DNA of 36,976 nucleotides, taken from NCBI GenBank assembly GCA_964443205.1, contig CAYUBZ010000001.1, positions 1-36,976 of the forward strand, written 5' to 3'. Source of the stretch: an uncultured Hyphomicrobium sp. Lineage in GTDB: Bacteria; Pseudomonadota; Alphaproteobacteria; Rhizobiales; Hyphomicrobiaceae. Positions 8,794 through 17,795 of this stretch are shown here, one piece after another (the first letter of the stretch is position 1; each line of letters starts with the position of its first letter). A program made the translations under genes and the position numbers. The notes below the pieces were generated by a model. The model saw nothing but the letters and a program-made list of their open reading frames with translations. It ran no database searches and had not been told where the DNA came from.

Positions 8794-9525
8794 ATGCATC
8801 ACATGAGACGACTCGCATTTGGGGCGGTGTCATGCCTTGGCCTCATGCTCGCGCCTGTTGCTGCCAACAGTGAAGGTACCGCCGACAAGCCGGCGGAAGC
8901 GCCTGCCGCGGCCGCAGGATCGGCCTGGAACGCCGAGGTCGCGCCGGCCAACTCTGAGGGGGGCATCACTCTCGATGCGCGGCAAACGGAGCTGGTGGAC
9001 AAAGTCAGCAACTACTTCAAAGAGCTCAGCACCCTGAAAGGCCGCTTCGTTCAGACCGGCGCCGACAACAAGCGCATGCGGGGCAAGTTCTACGTGAAAC
9101 GCCCCGGACGCTTCCGGTTCGACTACGCGCGGCCCTCCCGGCAGATCGTCATTTCCGACGGCCGCTATCTGGCGATACAGGACCTCGACCTCAACAACGA
9201 GGATCGCGTCGCGCTCGACCAAACGCCCTTCCGGCTTCTGTTGCGCACCGACGTCAATCTCGTGCGCGACGCCCGTATCATGGAGGTCCAGGAATCCGAG
9301 GATATGATTATCGTCGGTTTGGAGGATAAGGATCCCAACAGCCCGGGGCAGATCCGGCTGTTCCTAACCACAAAACCGGAGCTGGAGCTCAAGGAATGGG
9401 TGACCCGGGATGCGCAGGGTTTGAATACCCGCGTCGAGGTCTCGGACTTGACCAAAAGCGTCGATCTGGACGGTAGTCTGTTCACCATCAAAGCGGTGGG
9501 CCGCCCCATCGGCAGCCCCCGATAA
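8794..9525 (+). CDS. lolA: Outer-membrane lipoprotein carrier LolA
   Basis: Signal peptide, G-F-Q, KRPGRFRFDY, IVISDG and LDQTPFRLLL motifs; follows ftsK. Start is 8794 or 8803. Confidence 0.9.
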   Translation: MHHMRRLAFGAVSCLGLMLAPVAANSEGTADKPAEAPAAAAGSAWNAEVAPANSEGGITLDARQTELVDKVSNYFKELSTLKGRFVQTGADNKRMRGKFYVKRPGRFRFDYARPSRQIVISDGRYLAIQDLDLNNEDRVALDQTPFRLLLRTDVNLVRDARIMEVQESEDMIIVGLEDKDPNSPGQIRLFLTTKPELELKEWVTRDAQGLNTRVEVSDLTKSVDLDGSLFTIKAVGRPIGSPR

Positions 9526-9659
9526 TTCAGGGCGGTGTGGCTGTTCGGGCTCGTGGCAACTCCGGAGCTGGGGACAACCTGGGCAAAGGCGGTAACATTT
9601 TTGTGAGATTCAGCTCGGGCCTCTATTGAACTTATCTGGCTTGCGCTTAAGTCAAGCTG

Positions 9660-9797
9660 GTCAGGTGGTGTCACCCTGTATCGGTAGTGCCCCCCGTCTA
9701 GCCGAACGACGCCACCTGCGGTGCCGGCTTCCCTCCCGGCACCACGCGCGAAAGCGCTCTCGACGCCCAACCCCTCCCCCCGGGGTTGGGCGTTTTT
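9660..9797 (+). ncRNA. Candidate trans-acting sRNA with C/U-rich (anti-Shine-Dalgarno-like) hairpin loops
   Basis: Four consecutive hairpins: 9662-9718, 9720-9743 (loop CTTCCCTC), 9746-9757 (GAAA tetraloop) and 9763-9793 (loop TCCCCCC) followed by a T-run. Confidence 0.7.
9763..9797 (+). terminator. Rho-independent terminator of the candidate sRNA
   Basis: Perfect 12-bp stem ACGCCCAACCCC/GGGGTTGGGCGT followed by TTTT. Confidence 0.85.
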
Positions 9798-9819
9798 CGT
9801 TGCTTTGCGGCTAATTTGA

Positions 9820-10338
9820 TTAGTGGGCGGGTGCCGGTAGGTCAGCCGGTGTCTTGGTCCGGGGCAGCGCAGGCTGGTGGCGGCCCTTTCCGGCGAGGAC
9901 GGCATCAACCTCGCGCAGCTCATCGGCGAGGCGCCACAGGCGGTGTGCGATGTTGACGACCAAATGCTCGGCGACGGCAGGATCGCTGGCCATCTGCGCA
10001 CGCAACTCGTCGCGCAGGATGCGCAGCACCCGCACCTGCCCGCGCGCCACCACGGTCGAGCCGTGAATGGCCTCCACCAGCATGGCCGACTCGCCGAGGA
10101 GGGCTCCAGGCGGAATGGGCTCCAGCCGTGACTTGAGGTCGGGGCCGCTCACGCGCACGGCCTCGCCCGAGACGATGAGGATTGCCGCATCACCCTCGGT
10201 GTTCTCTTCGATGATCATGGCGCCTGGGGTGTAGACTACGTGCTCCGCTCTGCGCGCGATCTCGCCGAGCTGCGAGGGGTTCAAGCCTCGCAGAAGTGGC
10301 AATCGCGCCAGCATCCTGACAATGACATCCGCTGCCAT
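9820..10338 (-). CDS. Cyclic nucleotide-binding domain protein without an HTH
   Basis: LPLLRGL...YTPGAMIIEE...ILIVSGEA...PGALLGE(SAM)...TVVA cNMP_binding pattern; downstream of cenR. Confidence 0.85.
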   Translation of the reverse strand: MAADVIVRMLARLPLLRGLNPSQLGEIARRAEHVVYTPGAMIIEENTEGDAAILIVSGEAVRVSGPDLKSRLEPIPPGALLGESAMLVEAIHGSTVVARGQVRVLRILRDELRAQMASDPAVAEHLVVNIAHRLWRLADELREVDAVLAGKGRHQPALPRTKTPADLPAPAH

Positions 10339-10533
10339 CCTTAGCTTTCCCGCCCAGGTTGCTCTGGTTGTCGCCCAAGACTCCAGGTCCGCTGTACGCT
10401 GCGCATGGACACCACGCGAAGCGGCGGACGAGTTGGCGCAAATTCAAATGATTCGCCGAGATCGGTCTAGGGGCGGAATTGCGGTTGACGGTGTGAACAG
10501 GCGGGTTGTTCTGGAGGTGTGGCCTGGAGTTCG

Positions 10534-11220
10534 TTAGGGAACGAGCTTATAGCCGCCGGTCTCGGTTACCAGGAGCTCGGCATTGGAGGGATCTTTCTCG
10601 ATCTTCTGGCGCAGCCGGTAGATGTGCGTCTCCAGCGTGTGGGTGGTGACCCCGGCATTGTAGCCCCAGACCTCGTGCAGGAGCGTTTCGCGCGATACGA
10701 CCTTGTCGCCGGAGCGGTAAAGATACTTGAGGATCGAGGTCTCCTTCTCCGTGAGGCGGATCTTGATGCCCTTTTCATCGATCAAGAGCTTGGAGGCAGG
10801 CTTGAACGTATACTGCCCTATGGCAAAAACGGCGTCCTCGCTCTGCTCGTGCTGGCGCAACTGCGCGCGGATGCGCGCCAGCAGCACCGCAAACTTGAAT
10901 GGCTTGGTGATGTAGTCATTGGCGCCCGCATCGAGACCAAGGATTTGATCAGCATCCGATACGTTGCCCGTCAGCATGACAATCGGCGTCTTGAAGCCGG
11001 TTTTGCGCAACAGCCTCACCGCCTCGCGGCCGTCCATGTCGGGGAGCGACACGTCGAAGACCACAAGGTCGTAGTGATCGGACTTCGCCAGTTCCATTCC
11101 CTTGGACGCGTTGCCTGCCGTCACCACTTCGAACTCGTCGTGGAGAACGAGCTGGTCCTTCAAGGTCTCACGGAGATCCTCGTCGTCATCCACGATGAGA
11201 ATCTTGCGTGCTGTGGTCAT
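10534..11220 (-). CDS. cenR: OmpR-family response regulator, CenR/OtpR orthologue
   Basis: Receiver domain (VDDD, DVSLPDMDG, KPF) and winged helix with ARIRAQLRQHEQSED, RLTEKE and VWGYNAGVTTHTLETHIYRLRQKIE, characteristic of alphaproteobacterial CenR. Confidence 0.85.
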   Translation of the reverse strand: MTTARKILIVDDDEDLRETLKDQLVLHDEFEVVTAGNASKGMELAKSDHYDLVVFDVSLPDMDGREAVRLLRKTGFKTPIVMLTGNVSDADQILGLDAGANDYITKPFKFAVLLARIRAQLRQHEQSEDAVFAIGQYTFKPASKLLIDEKGIKIRLTEKETSILKYLYRSGDKVVSRETLLHEVWGYNAGVTTHTLETHIYRLRQKIEKDPSNAELLVTETGGYKLVP

Positions 11221-11327
11221 GCTGGCGCGCTCCGATACGGATCCGGCTTCAAACCCTCGCGGTCGGGGCCCGGGCCCGCGGGGATCTGCTCAGGCGATGC
11301 CATTAGCACGGGTGCCGGGAAGCTCCA

Positions 11328-11876
11328 ATGAAGACGCATACCTGCCGTCCACAGCTCGTCGCGCAACTCGTCGTGAGAGGCCTTTCAGCCGGGGCCAAGC
11401 GGGGCGTTCTGACCTGCGGCAACCTGCGCTTTCCCTGTGCAATCGGCCGGTCGGGGCGGCGGGCGGGAAAACGTGAGGGCGATGGGGCGACGCCGATCGG
11501 CCGCTTCGCACTGCGCGAGGCCTTCTATCGTCCCGATCGCCTGATGCGGCCGCGCACGCGTTTGCCTCTCGGGCCCCTGCGCCCCGTCGACGGCTGGTGT
11601 GATGACCCCGATGATCGCAACTACAACCGGCGGGTTCGCCATCCCTACCGGGCGAGCGCGGAGCGACTCTGGCGCACCGACCACCTCTACGATCTCATCG
11701 TCGTGATGGGGCACAACGATCGTCCGCGCGTGCGCGGGCGCGGCAGCGCCGTCTTCATCCATGTCGCCGGTCCCGGCCTGGCCCCGACCGCGGGTTGCAT
11801 CGCTCTGCGCCGGACGGATCTCGTGCGGCTGTTCGCGCGGATGTCCCGCGATACGGTCATCACGATCATCGCCTAA
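11328..11876 (+). CDS. L,D-transpeptidase (YkuD-like) family protein
   Basis: KREGDGATPIG, GWCDDP and GSAVFIH...PTAGCIAL catalytic His/Cys motif; divergent from cenR. Start uncertain. Confidence 0.85.
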   Translation: MKTHTCRPQLVAQLVVRGLSAGAKRGVLTCGNLRFPCAIGRSGRRAGKREGDGATPIGRFALREAFYRPDRLMRPRTRLPLGPLRPVDGWCDDPDDRNYNRRVRHPYRASAERLWRTDHLYDLIVVMGHNDRPRVRGRGSAVFIHVAGPGLAPTAGCIALRRTDLVRLFARMSRDTVITIIA

Positions 11877-11912
11877 AGCGTGGCCGGCTGGCCGGCGGCG
11901 GCGTGGCGCCTC

Positions 11913-11949
11913 AAAAAAACGGCCCGGTACGCATTGAGCGCCCGGGCCG
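11913..11949 (-). terminator. Terminator of glnK-amtB
   Basis: CGGCCCGG/CCGGGCCG stem preceded by A7 on the plus strand, which gives a U-tract on the minus transcript. Confidence 0.7.
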
Positions 11950-12037
11950 AGTTTGGAGCACGCCTAGGGGAAGGCGCACGCTCGGGAGATGGTGACGGGC
12001 CGCGGCCGGAGCAATCCGGTCCGCGGCCCGTGTTCGT

Positions 12038-13351
12038 CTATTGTATGGACTCGCCGTGCAGGGCGACGTCGAGGCCCTCGATCTCGGCGGCTTCGCTGGC
12101 GCGAATGCCGATGATCACCTTGAGCACCATGAGGATCACGAACGTCGCGACGCCGCACCAGACGACCGTCGCCATGACGCCGTAGGCCTGGATCGGCACC
12201 TGCTTGAAGTTGCCCTCCAGCAGGCCGGCCGTGCCACCGATGGCCTCGACCGCAAAGACGCCGGTCAGGAGGGCGCCGATGATGCCGCCAACGGCGTGCA
12301 CACCGAAGACGTCGAGGCTGTCGTCGTAGCCCAGCAGCTTCTTGAGACCCGTTGCGCAGATGTAGCAGCCGACGCCGGCGGCCGCGCCGATGACGAGGGC
12401 GCCCTTGGGATCGACGAAGCCCGACGCCGGCGTGATGGCGACGAGACCGGCGACCGCGCCCGAGATGACACCGAGCACGCTTGGCTTGCCATGCACGAGC
12501 CACTCCGAGAACATCCAGGCCAGTGCCGCCATTGCCGTAGCAATCTGAGTAACGGCCATGGCCATACCGGCAGAACCGCCCGCGGAGACAGCCGATCCGG
12601 CGTTGAACCCGAACCAGCCGACCCAGAGAAGGGAGGCGCCGACGACGCTCAGCGTCAAGTTGTGCGGGGCCATGTTCTCGGTACCGTAGCCGGTGCGCCG
12701 ACCGAGCACCAAGCAAGCCACGAGGCCGGCGATACCGGCGTTGATGTGCACGACCGTGCCGCCGGCGAAGTCGAGCACGCCGGCGTTTGCAAGGAAGCCG
12801 CCGCCCCATACCCAATGGCAGATCGGGGCGTAGACGACGAGCAGCCAAATTCCCATGAAGAACATGAAGGCCGAGAACTTCATGCGGTCGACGAGGGCTC
12901 CGACGATGAGCACCGGCGTGATGATGGCAAATGTCATCTGGAAGGTCATGAACACCGACTCAGGGATGGTTCCCGAGAGCGTGTCCTTGCCCATGCCATT
13001 GAGCAGGAAGTGGCTCAGTCCGCCGATGTAAGGCTGATACTCGCCGCCGTCCTTGAAGGCGAGCGAGTAGCCCGCGACCATCCATAGGACGGTAATCAGG
13101 CAGGTGGCGGCGAAGCACTGCATCATCACGGAGAGCACGTTTTTCTTGCGCACCATGCCGCCGTAGAACAGGGCCAGGCCCGGGACGGTCATCATCAGCA
13201 CGATTGCCGTGGAGGTAAGCATCCACGCCGTATCGCCGGTATCGAGCGTCGGTGCCGCATCTTGGGCCAAACTTGGTAGTGTGGACCCGAGATAAAGTGC
13301 CGCCGCGGCGCAACCCGACGCTGCGATTCTTTTCAGATAGTTGAATTTCAT
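12038..13351 (-). CDS. amtB: Ammonium transporter AmtB
   Basis: Signal peptide, DTAWML, PGLALFYGGMVRKKN, FQMTFAIIT, DFAGGTVVH, GWFGFNAGS, DDSLDVFGVH and EIEGLD. GGGAAGGGGA RBS before ATG at 13351. Confidence 0.97.
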   Translation of the reverse strand: MKFNYLKRIAASGCAAAALYLGSTLPSLAQDAAPTLDTGDTAWMLTSTAIVLMMTVPGLALFYGGMVRKKNVLSVMMQCFAATCLITVLWMVAGYSLAFKDGGEYQPYIGGLSHFLLNGMGKDTLSGTIPESVFMTFQMTFAIITPVLIVGALVDRMKFSAFMFFMGIWLLVVYAPICHWVWGGGFLANAGVLDFAGGTVVHINAGIAGLVACLVLGRRTGYGTENMAPHNLTLSVVGASLLWVGWFGFNAGSAVSAGGSAGMAMAVTQIATAMAALAWMFSEWLVHGKPSVLGVISGAVAGLVAITPASGFVDPKGALVIGAAAGVGCYICATGLKKLLGYDDSLDVFGVHAVGGIIGALLTGVFAVEAIGGTAGLLEGNFKQVPIQAYGVMATVVWCGVATFVILMVLKVIIGIRASEAAEIEGLDVALHGESIQ

Positions 13352-13414
13352 CGTGAGAACTCCCCTTCCCTTCCTGTCGACTTGAGCGTCATTCGGCCGA
13401 GTGGCCAAATCCAT

Positions 13415-13786
<372 letters not shown>

Positions 13787-13842
13787 TCAATGCTTGGGGC
13801 GCCAAAGCCCGCTAAGGCGATGGTCGCCGCCCTAGAACGGAG

Positions 13843-13858
13843 TCAAGAGGCGTGCCAA
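13843..13858 (-). promoter_or_regulatory. Sigma54 (-24/-12) promoter of glnK-amtB
   Basis: Minus strand reads TTGGCACG-CCTC-TTGA, i.e. GG-N10-GA, a variant of GG-N10-GC. Confidence 0.7.
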
Positions 13859-13943
13859 TCTGGCGATGCTGAACCAACTCGTTGGATTCACTGAACAAAA
13901 GGTAAGCAAGGGTTCGCGGGCGCTTGCCGCAGAATAGACAAAA

Positions 13944-13989
13944 TGCCCGTTGATTGGGCAAAGAAAAGAAATTGCCTATCAACTAGGCA
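13944..13989. promoter_or_regulatory. Tandem NtrC-like enhancer sites
   Basis: TGCCC-N7-GGGCA (13944-13960) and TGCCT-N7-AGGCA (13973-13989), about 90-130 bp upstream of the sigma54 promoter. Confidence 0.7.
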
Positions 13990-14894
13990 ATGGTCGAGCG
14001 GCGCAGCCGCATGAGGCCTTCCTGCGCCACGGAGGCGATCAGGCTTCCGTTGCGGGCGTAGATGGTCCCACGGCAGAAGCCGCGCGCGCCGGAGGCGCTG
14101 GGGCTGTCCTGGACGTAGAGCATCCACTCGTCGGCGCGGAACGGCCGGTGGTACCAAAGCGCGTGATCGAGGCTTGCCAGCTGCACGTCGGTGTCGAACA
14201 GCAGCTTTCCGTGAGCGATGAGCGCGGTATCGAGAAGGGTGAAGTCCGAGGCATAGGCGAGCACGGCTTGGTGCAAGACCGGATCGTCAGGCAAAGGCCC
14301 GCTGGCGCGGATCCAGATGTTCTGCACCGGCGTCTTTTTCTCGCGGCTGAGATAGCGCGAGACGTCGGCGATACGCATATCGATCGGGCGCTCGCGGTCC
14401 CAGTAGCGGCGCATGCTGTCGGGGAGCGCGTCGATCAGCTGCCCGATGAGGTCCTTGGGATTGGGCAGCGATTCGGGCGGTGGGACGTCGGGTAGCGGGC
14501 TTTGATGATCGAACCCCTCCTCCAGCTTGTGGAACGATGCGCTCATGGAGAAGATGGCACGCCCGTGCTGAATCGCCTTGACGCGCCGCGTGGTGAAGCT
14601 GCCGCCATCACGGATGCGCTCGACGTCGTAGATGATCGGCTCTGTCGGGTCGCCGGCAAGTAGGAAGTAGCCATGCAACGAATGGGCGGAGCGGGACGCC
14701 TCGACCGTGCGCGCCGCCGCCATCAGCGCCTGGGCCAGGACCTGGCCGCCATAGACCCGCTGCCAACCGTCGTTGCCGCGTGCGCCGCGGAAGAGGTTGT
14801 CCTCGAGCGGCTCTAGCGTGAGGGTTGCGACCAAATCTCTCAGCGCCGCATGGGGCGCGGTTGGGGCGGCGGAGTGGGCGGACTCGCTGGACAT
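13983..14894 (-). CDS. tesB: Acyl-CoA thioesterase II
   Basis: RVYGGQVLAQAL, HSLHGYFL, RDGGSFTTRRV, LAYASD, ASLDHALWYHRPF and SVAQEGL motifs. Confidence 0.95.
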   Translation of the reverse strand: MSSESAHSAAPTAPHAALRDLVATLTLEPLEDNLFRGARGNDGWQRVYGGQVLAQALMAAARTVEASRSAHSLHGYFLLAGDPTEPIIYDVERIRDGGSFTTRRVKAIQHGRAIFSMSASFHKLEEGFDHQSPLPDVPPPESLPNPKDLIGQLIDALPDSMRRYWDRERPIDMRIADVSRYLSREKKTPVQNIWIRASGPLPDDPVLHQAVLAYASDFTLLDTALIAHGKLLFDTDVQLASLDHALWYHRPFRADEWMLYVQDSPSASGARGFCRGTIYARNGSLIASVAQEGLMRLRRSTIA

Positions 14895-15006
14895 GGGGGC
14901 CTCGCGGGATCGTATTTCTGGTAGGCTCACGTACGGTCGCGTAATGGGAGCGCTCGGGCCGTGTGTGTCAACAAACAGGGCGCAAGCCCATATGGCCGGG
15001 TGACAC

Positions 15007-16254
15007 ATGCCGGATGAAGCTACAACGTCCCGCTGCGACGTCGTCATCTCGGGCGCAAGCTTCGCAGGGCTCGCGCTCGGCTGCGCCCTGAGCCACGCCC
15101 TGGGGCCCGACATCAGAATCGCGCTGATCGATCACAGCGCCGGGGCCGGCGCGGCGGCGCAACCCGACAGCCGCGCGTCCGCCCTCTCCGCTGGCTCCAA
15201 GCGCATGCTGGACGTGCTGGGCGTGTGGTCGTCCGTCGCCGTCGAGGCGCAGCCCGTCGCCAGCATCGAGATCACCGATTCGAGCCTCGAGGCTGGCGTT
15301 CGTCCCGTCCTCCTCACCTATGACAACACGACCGGCGCCGGCGAGCCGGCGACGTACATCGTGCCAAACAACGTGCTCAACCAGGCGCTCTGCACGGCCG
15401 TGAGCCGGGCCCCCTCCATTCAGCGCATCGCGCCCGCCGAGGCGCGCGACTTTGTGGTCGGCGAGACGGAGGTTCGCGTGCGGCTCGGAGACGGCACCGA
15501 GCTTGCCGCCTCGCTGCTCGTCTCCGCCGAGGGTCGAAACTCGCCGTTGCGCGAGGCGGCGGGCATCAAGGTCGTCGGCTGGGACTATCCGCAGATCGGC
15601 ATCGTGACCACCGTGCGCCACGAGCGTCCGCACCACGCCTGCGCGGTGCAACACTTTCTCCCCGCCGGTCCGTTCGCCATTCTGCCGCTCAAGGGCAACC
15701 GTGCCTGCATCACCTGGACGGAGAACGCCAGCGAGGCGAGACGCATCCTCGCGCTCGATGACGCGGGATTTCTGGAGGAGGTGGACAAGCGCTTCGGAGG
15801 CAAGCTCGGCGCCGTCGCTCTCGACGGTCCGCGCCAGTCGTGGCCGCTCAAGATGCATCTGGCGCGCCGCTACGTGGGCCCGCGCTTTGCGCTCATCGGC
15901 GATGCTGCACATGGCGTGCATCCGCTGGCGGGTCAGGGCCTCAACTTGGCGTTCCGAGACGTCGCCGCGCTCACCGAGGCCGTCACGGACGCGGTCCGAC
16001 TCGGGTTCGATCCGGGCGACGCGCAGGCTCTGTCGCGCTATGAACGCTGGCGGCGGTTCGACTCGGCGGTCTCGGCGGCAACCTTCGATGGGCTCAACCG
16101 CCTCTTCGCGAGCGATCTGACGCTGCTGCGATCGGGACGCGAGCTGGGCCTCGGGCTCGTCGACCGCATACCGGCGCTCAAACGGTTCTTTGTCGGCGAG
16201 GCCGCGGGCCTCACCGGTGAGCTGCCGCGCCTCCTCAAGGGCGAGGCCGTCTAG
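15007..16254 (+). CDS. UbiH/UbiF/VisC-family FAD-dependent hydroxylase
   Basis: DVVISGASFAGL, DSRASAL, F-P-GPFAILP and IGDAAHGVHPLAGQGLNL motifs. Confidence 0.9.
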   Translation: MPDEATTSRCDVVISGASFAGLALGCALSHALGPDIRIALIDHSAGAGAAAQPDSRASALSAGSKRMLDVLGVWSSVAVEAQPVASIEITDSSLEAGVRPVLLTYDNTTGAGEPATYIVPNNVLNQALCTAVSRAPSIQRIAPAEARDFVVGETEVRVRLGDGTELAASLLVSAEGRNSPLREAAGIKVVGWDYPQIGIVTTVRHERPHHACAVQHFLPAGPFAILPLKGNRACITWTENASEARRILALDDAGFLEEVDKRFGGKLGAVALDGPRQSWPLKMHLARRYVGPRFALIGDAAHGVHPLAGQGLNLAFRDVAALTEAVTDAVRLGFDPGDAQALSRYERWRRFDSAVSAATFDGLNRLFASDLTLLRSGRELGLGLVDRIPALKRFFVGEAAGLTGELPRLLKGEAV

Positions 16255-16283
16255 TGTGATGATCGAGAAATTCGCCGGGGACA

Positions 16284-16814
16284 CTAGGTCGCGTCGTCCT
16301 CGGTCTCGCCGGGAACCGGCAGAACGACGACGACCCGTCCGCCGGCGACATCGACCACAGGGACGAAGGCCTCTGTGAAGGGGATCAACTCCGTCTGGTG
16401 CTTGCCCGCGAGGCGCAGTTCTAGGAGATCGCCGGCCCCGTAGTTCTCCACGGCGACGACCGCGCCGATTGTGCGTCCCTCACCATCCTCGGCGCGCAAG
16501 CCCACCAGGTCGGCGCGGTAGAACTCGCCCTCCTCAGGCGCGGGCAGGCGCGCGCGCTCCACGTATAGAGAGAGCCCTTTGAGGGCCTCCGCGCTCGAGC
16601 GATCCTCGACACCGGCAACGCGGGCGATCACGCCCTTCGGCGTGACGCGCAACGTTCTGACCTCGAGCCGGCGTGCACCGTCCTCCGTTTCGAGCGGGCC
16701 ATAGGCGGCGATGTCTTGCGGCTCGTCGGCATAGCTATGGATCAGCACGTCGCCGCGAATGCCGTGGGCCGCGGCAATGCGGCCCAAGAGAATGCGGTGG
16801 TCTTTGTCGCTCAT
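16284..16814 (-). CDS. rimM: Ribosome maturation factor RimM
   Basis: LGRIAAAHGIRG, EFYRADLVGL, NYGAGDLLE and LIPF motifs. Confidence 0.95.
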   Translation of the reverse strand: MSDKDHRILLGRIAAAHGIRGDVLIHSYADEPQDIAAYGPLETEDGARRLEVRTLRVTPKGVIARVAGVEDRSSAEALKGLSLYVERARLPAPEEGEFYRADLVGLRAEDGEGRTIGAVVAVENYGAGDLLELRLAGKHQTELIPFTEAFVPVVDVAGGRVVVVLPVPGETEDDAT

Positions 16815-17211
16815 GGACACCCGTTGTGACACCCGATGCGCGGCGGGGCCGCTGGCTGGGGAGCGGCCCGAGATAGGTGAGCTGCACGCACACGGGCGCG
16901 CCCGCCACCTCGACGACCATCGTCGCGTTCGGCGCGGCGCGCTCGACTGCGCCGACGATATCGAGGACGGCCCCCGTCGGGCCAGCGGAAAAACCGGTGA
17001 TCAACACGCCCTCGGGCGGCACGTCGAAGCGCAGATGCACCTTGTTGAGGCGGGCGTCGGCGTCGAACTCGCAGGAGCCTACGAACACCCCGCCCCATGG
17101 GTCGGACCCGAGGATCTTGCCGGCGCGCAGGACGGCAAGCGCACTGCCCTCGTCAGCCTCGCTGGACCGCGCCGCCGTGTAGTGCAAGTCATAGATGCCG
17201 TCTTTGAGCAT
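16735..17211 (-). CDS. Hypothetical protein, GrlR-like beta-barrel; 3' end overlaps rimM
   Basis: Purine-rich RBS. MLKDGIYDLHY...GSALAVLRAGKILGSDPWGGVFVGS resembles the GrlR-family N-terminal pattern; the family call is tentative. Confidence 0.6.
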   Translation of the reverse strand: MLKDGIYDLHYTAARSSEADEGSALAVLRAGKILGSDPWGGVFVGSCEFDADARLNKVHLRFDVPPEGVLITGFSAGPTGAVLDIVGAVERAAPNATMVVEVAGAPVCVQLTYLGPLPSQRPRRASGVTTGVHERQRPPHSLGPHCRGPRHSRRRADP

Positions 17212-17345
17212 GCCGGGGTTTCCCTCTGGCCGCAGCCCAGCCTAGGGGCGGGCCGGAGGGACGCAATCCCGGGTGCACGATATGGTTGAGTAGGGGTTTG
17301 TGTGCGTTTTTAGGTTGTATACTGACGACTTTTGGCAGCGCTGCC

Positions 17346-17762
17346 TCAAGCCGCCGGCTCGGCGGCCTCTGGCGCGGCTTCCGGCGCTGCCTCCGGGGCG
17401 GGGGCGGCCGCGGCCTCCTTGGCTTTCTCTTGCTTCTCGGCCCACGCGGCCTCGCGCTCCAGCCGCTTCTTCTTCGGCTTGGCCTTGTTGGGGTTGTTGG
17501 AGGCGGTGCGCTTCATCAGGCCCGCGGCGTCGAGAAAGCGGGCGACGCGGTCGGTCGGCTGGGCGCCGACGGACAGCCAGTGTTTGCACCGGTCGAGATC
17601 GAGCTTGACCCGGTTCTCATCATCCTTCTTGAGCATCGGGTTGAACGTCCCGATTTGCTCGATGTAGCGGCCATCACGAGGTGAGGTCGTGTTGGCCACG
17701 ACGACGTAGTAGTAGGGCCGCTTCTTGGCGCCGCCGCGCGCCAGCCTGATTTTGACGGACAT
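17346..17762 (-). CDS. rpsP: 30S ribosomal protein S16
   Basis: [27 protein letters not shown] and GAQPTDRV; Ala/Pro/Glu-rich tail. Confidence 0.98.
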   Translation of the reverse strand: MSVKIRLARGGAKKRPYYYVVVANTTSPRDGRYIEQIGTFNPMLKKDDENRVKLDLDRCKHWLSVGAQPTDRVARFLDAAGLMKRTASNNPNKAKPKKKRLEREAAWAEKQEKAKEAAAAPAPEAAPEAAPEAAEPAA

Positions 17763-17795
17763 TTCTGGTCTTCCTTCGCTTTCGAGTTGATCTTG

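Noticed and set aside
17349-17415. PEAA tandem repeat at the end of rpsP
   Set aside because: Low-complexity S16 tails are common in Alphaproteobacteria.
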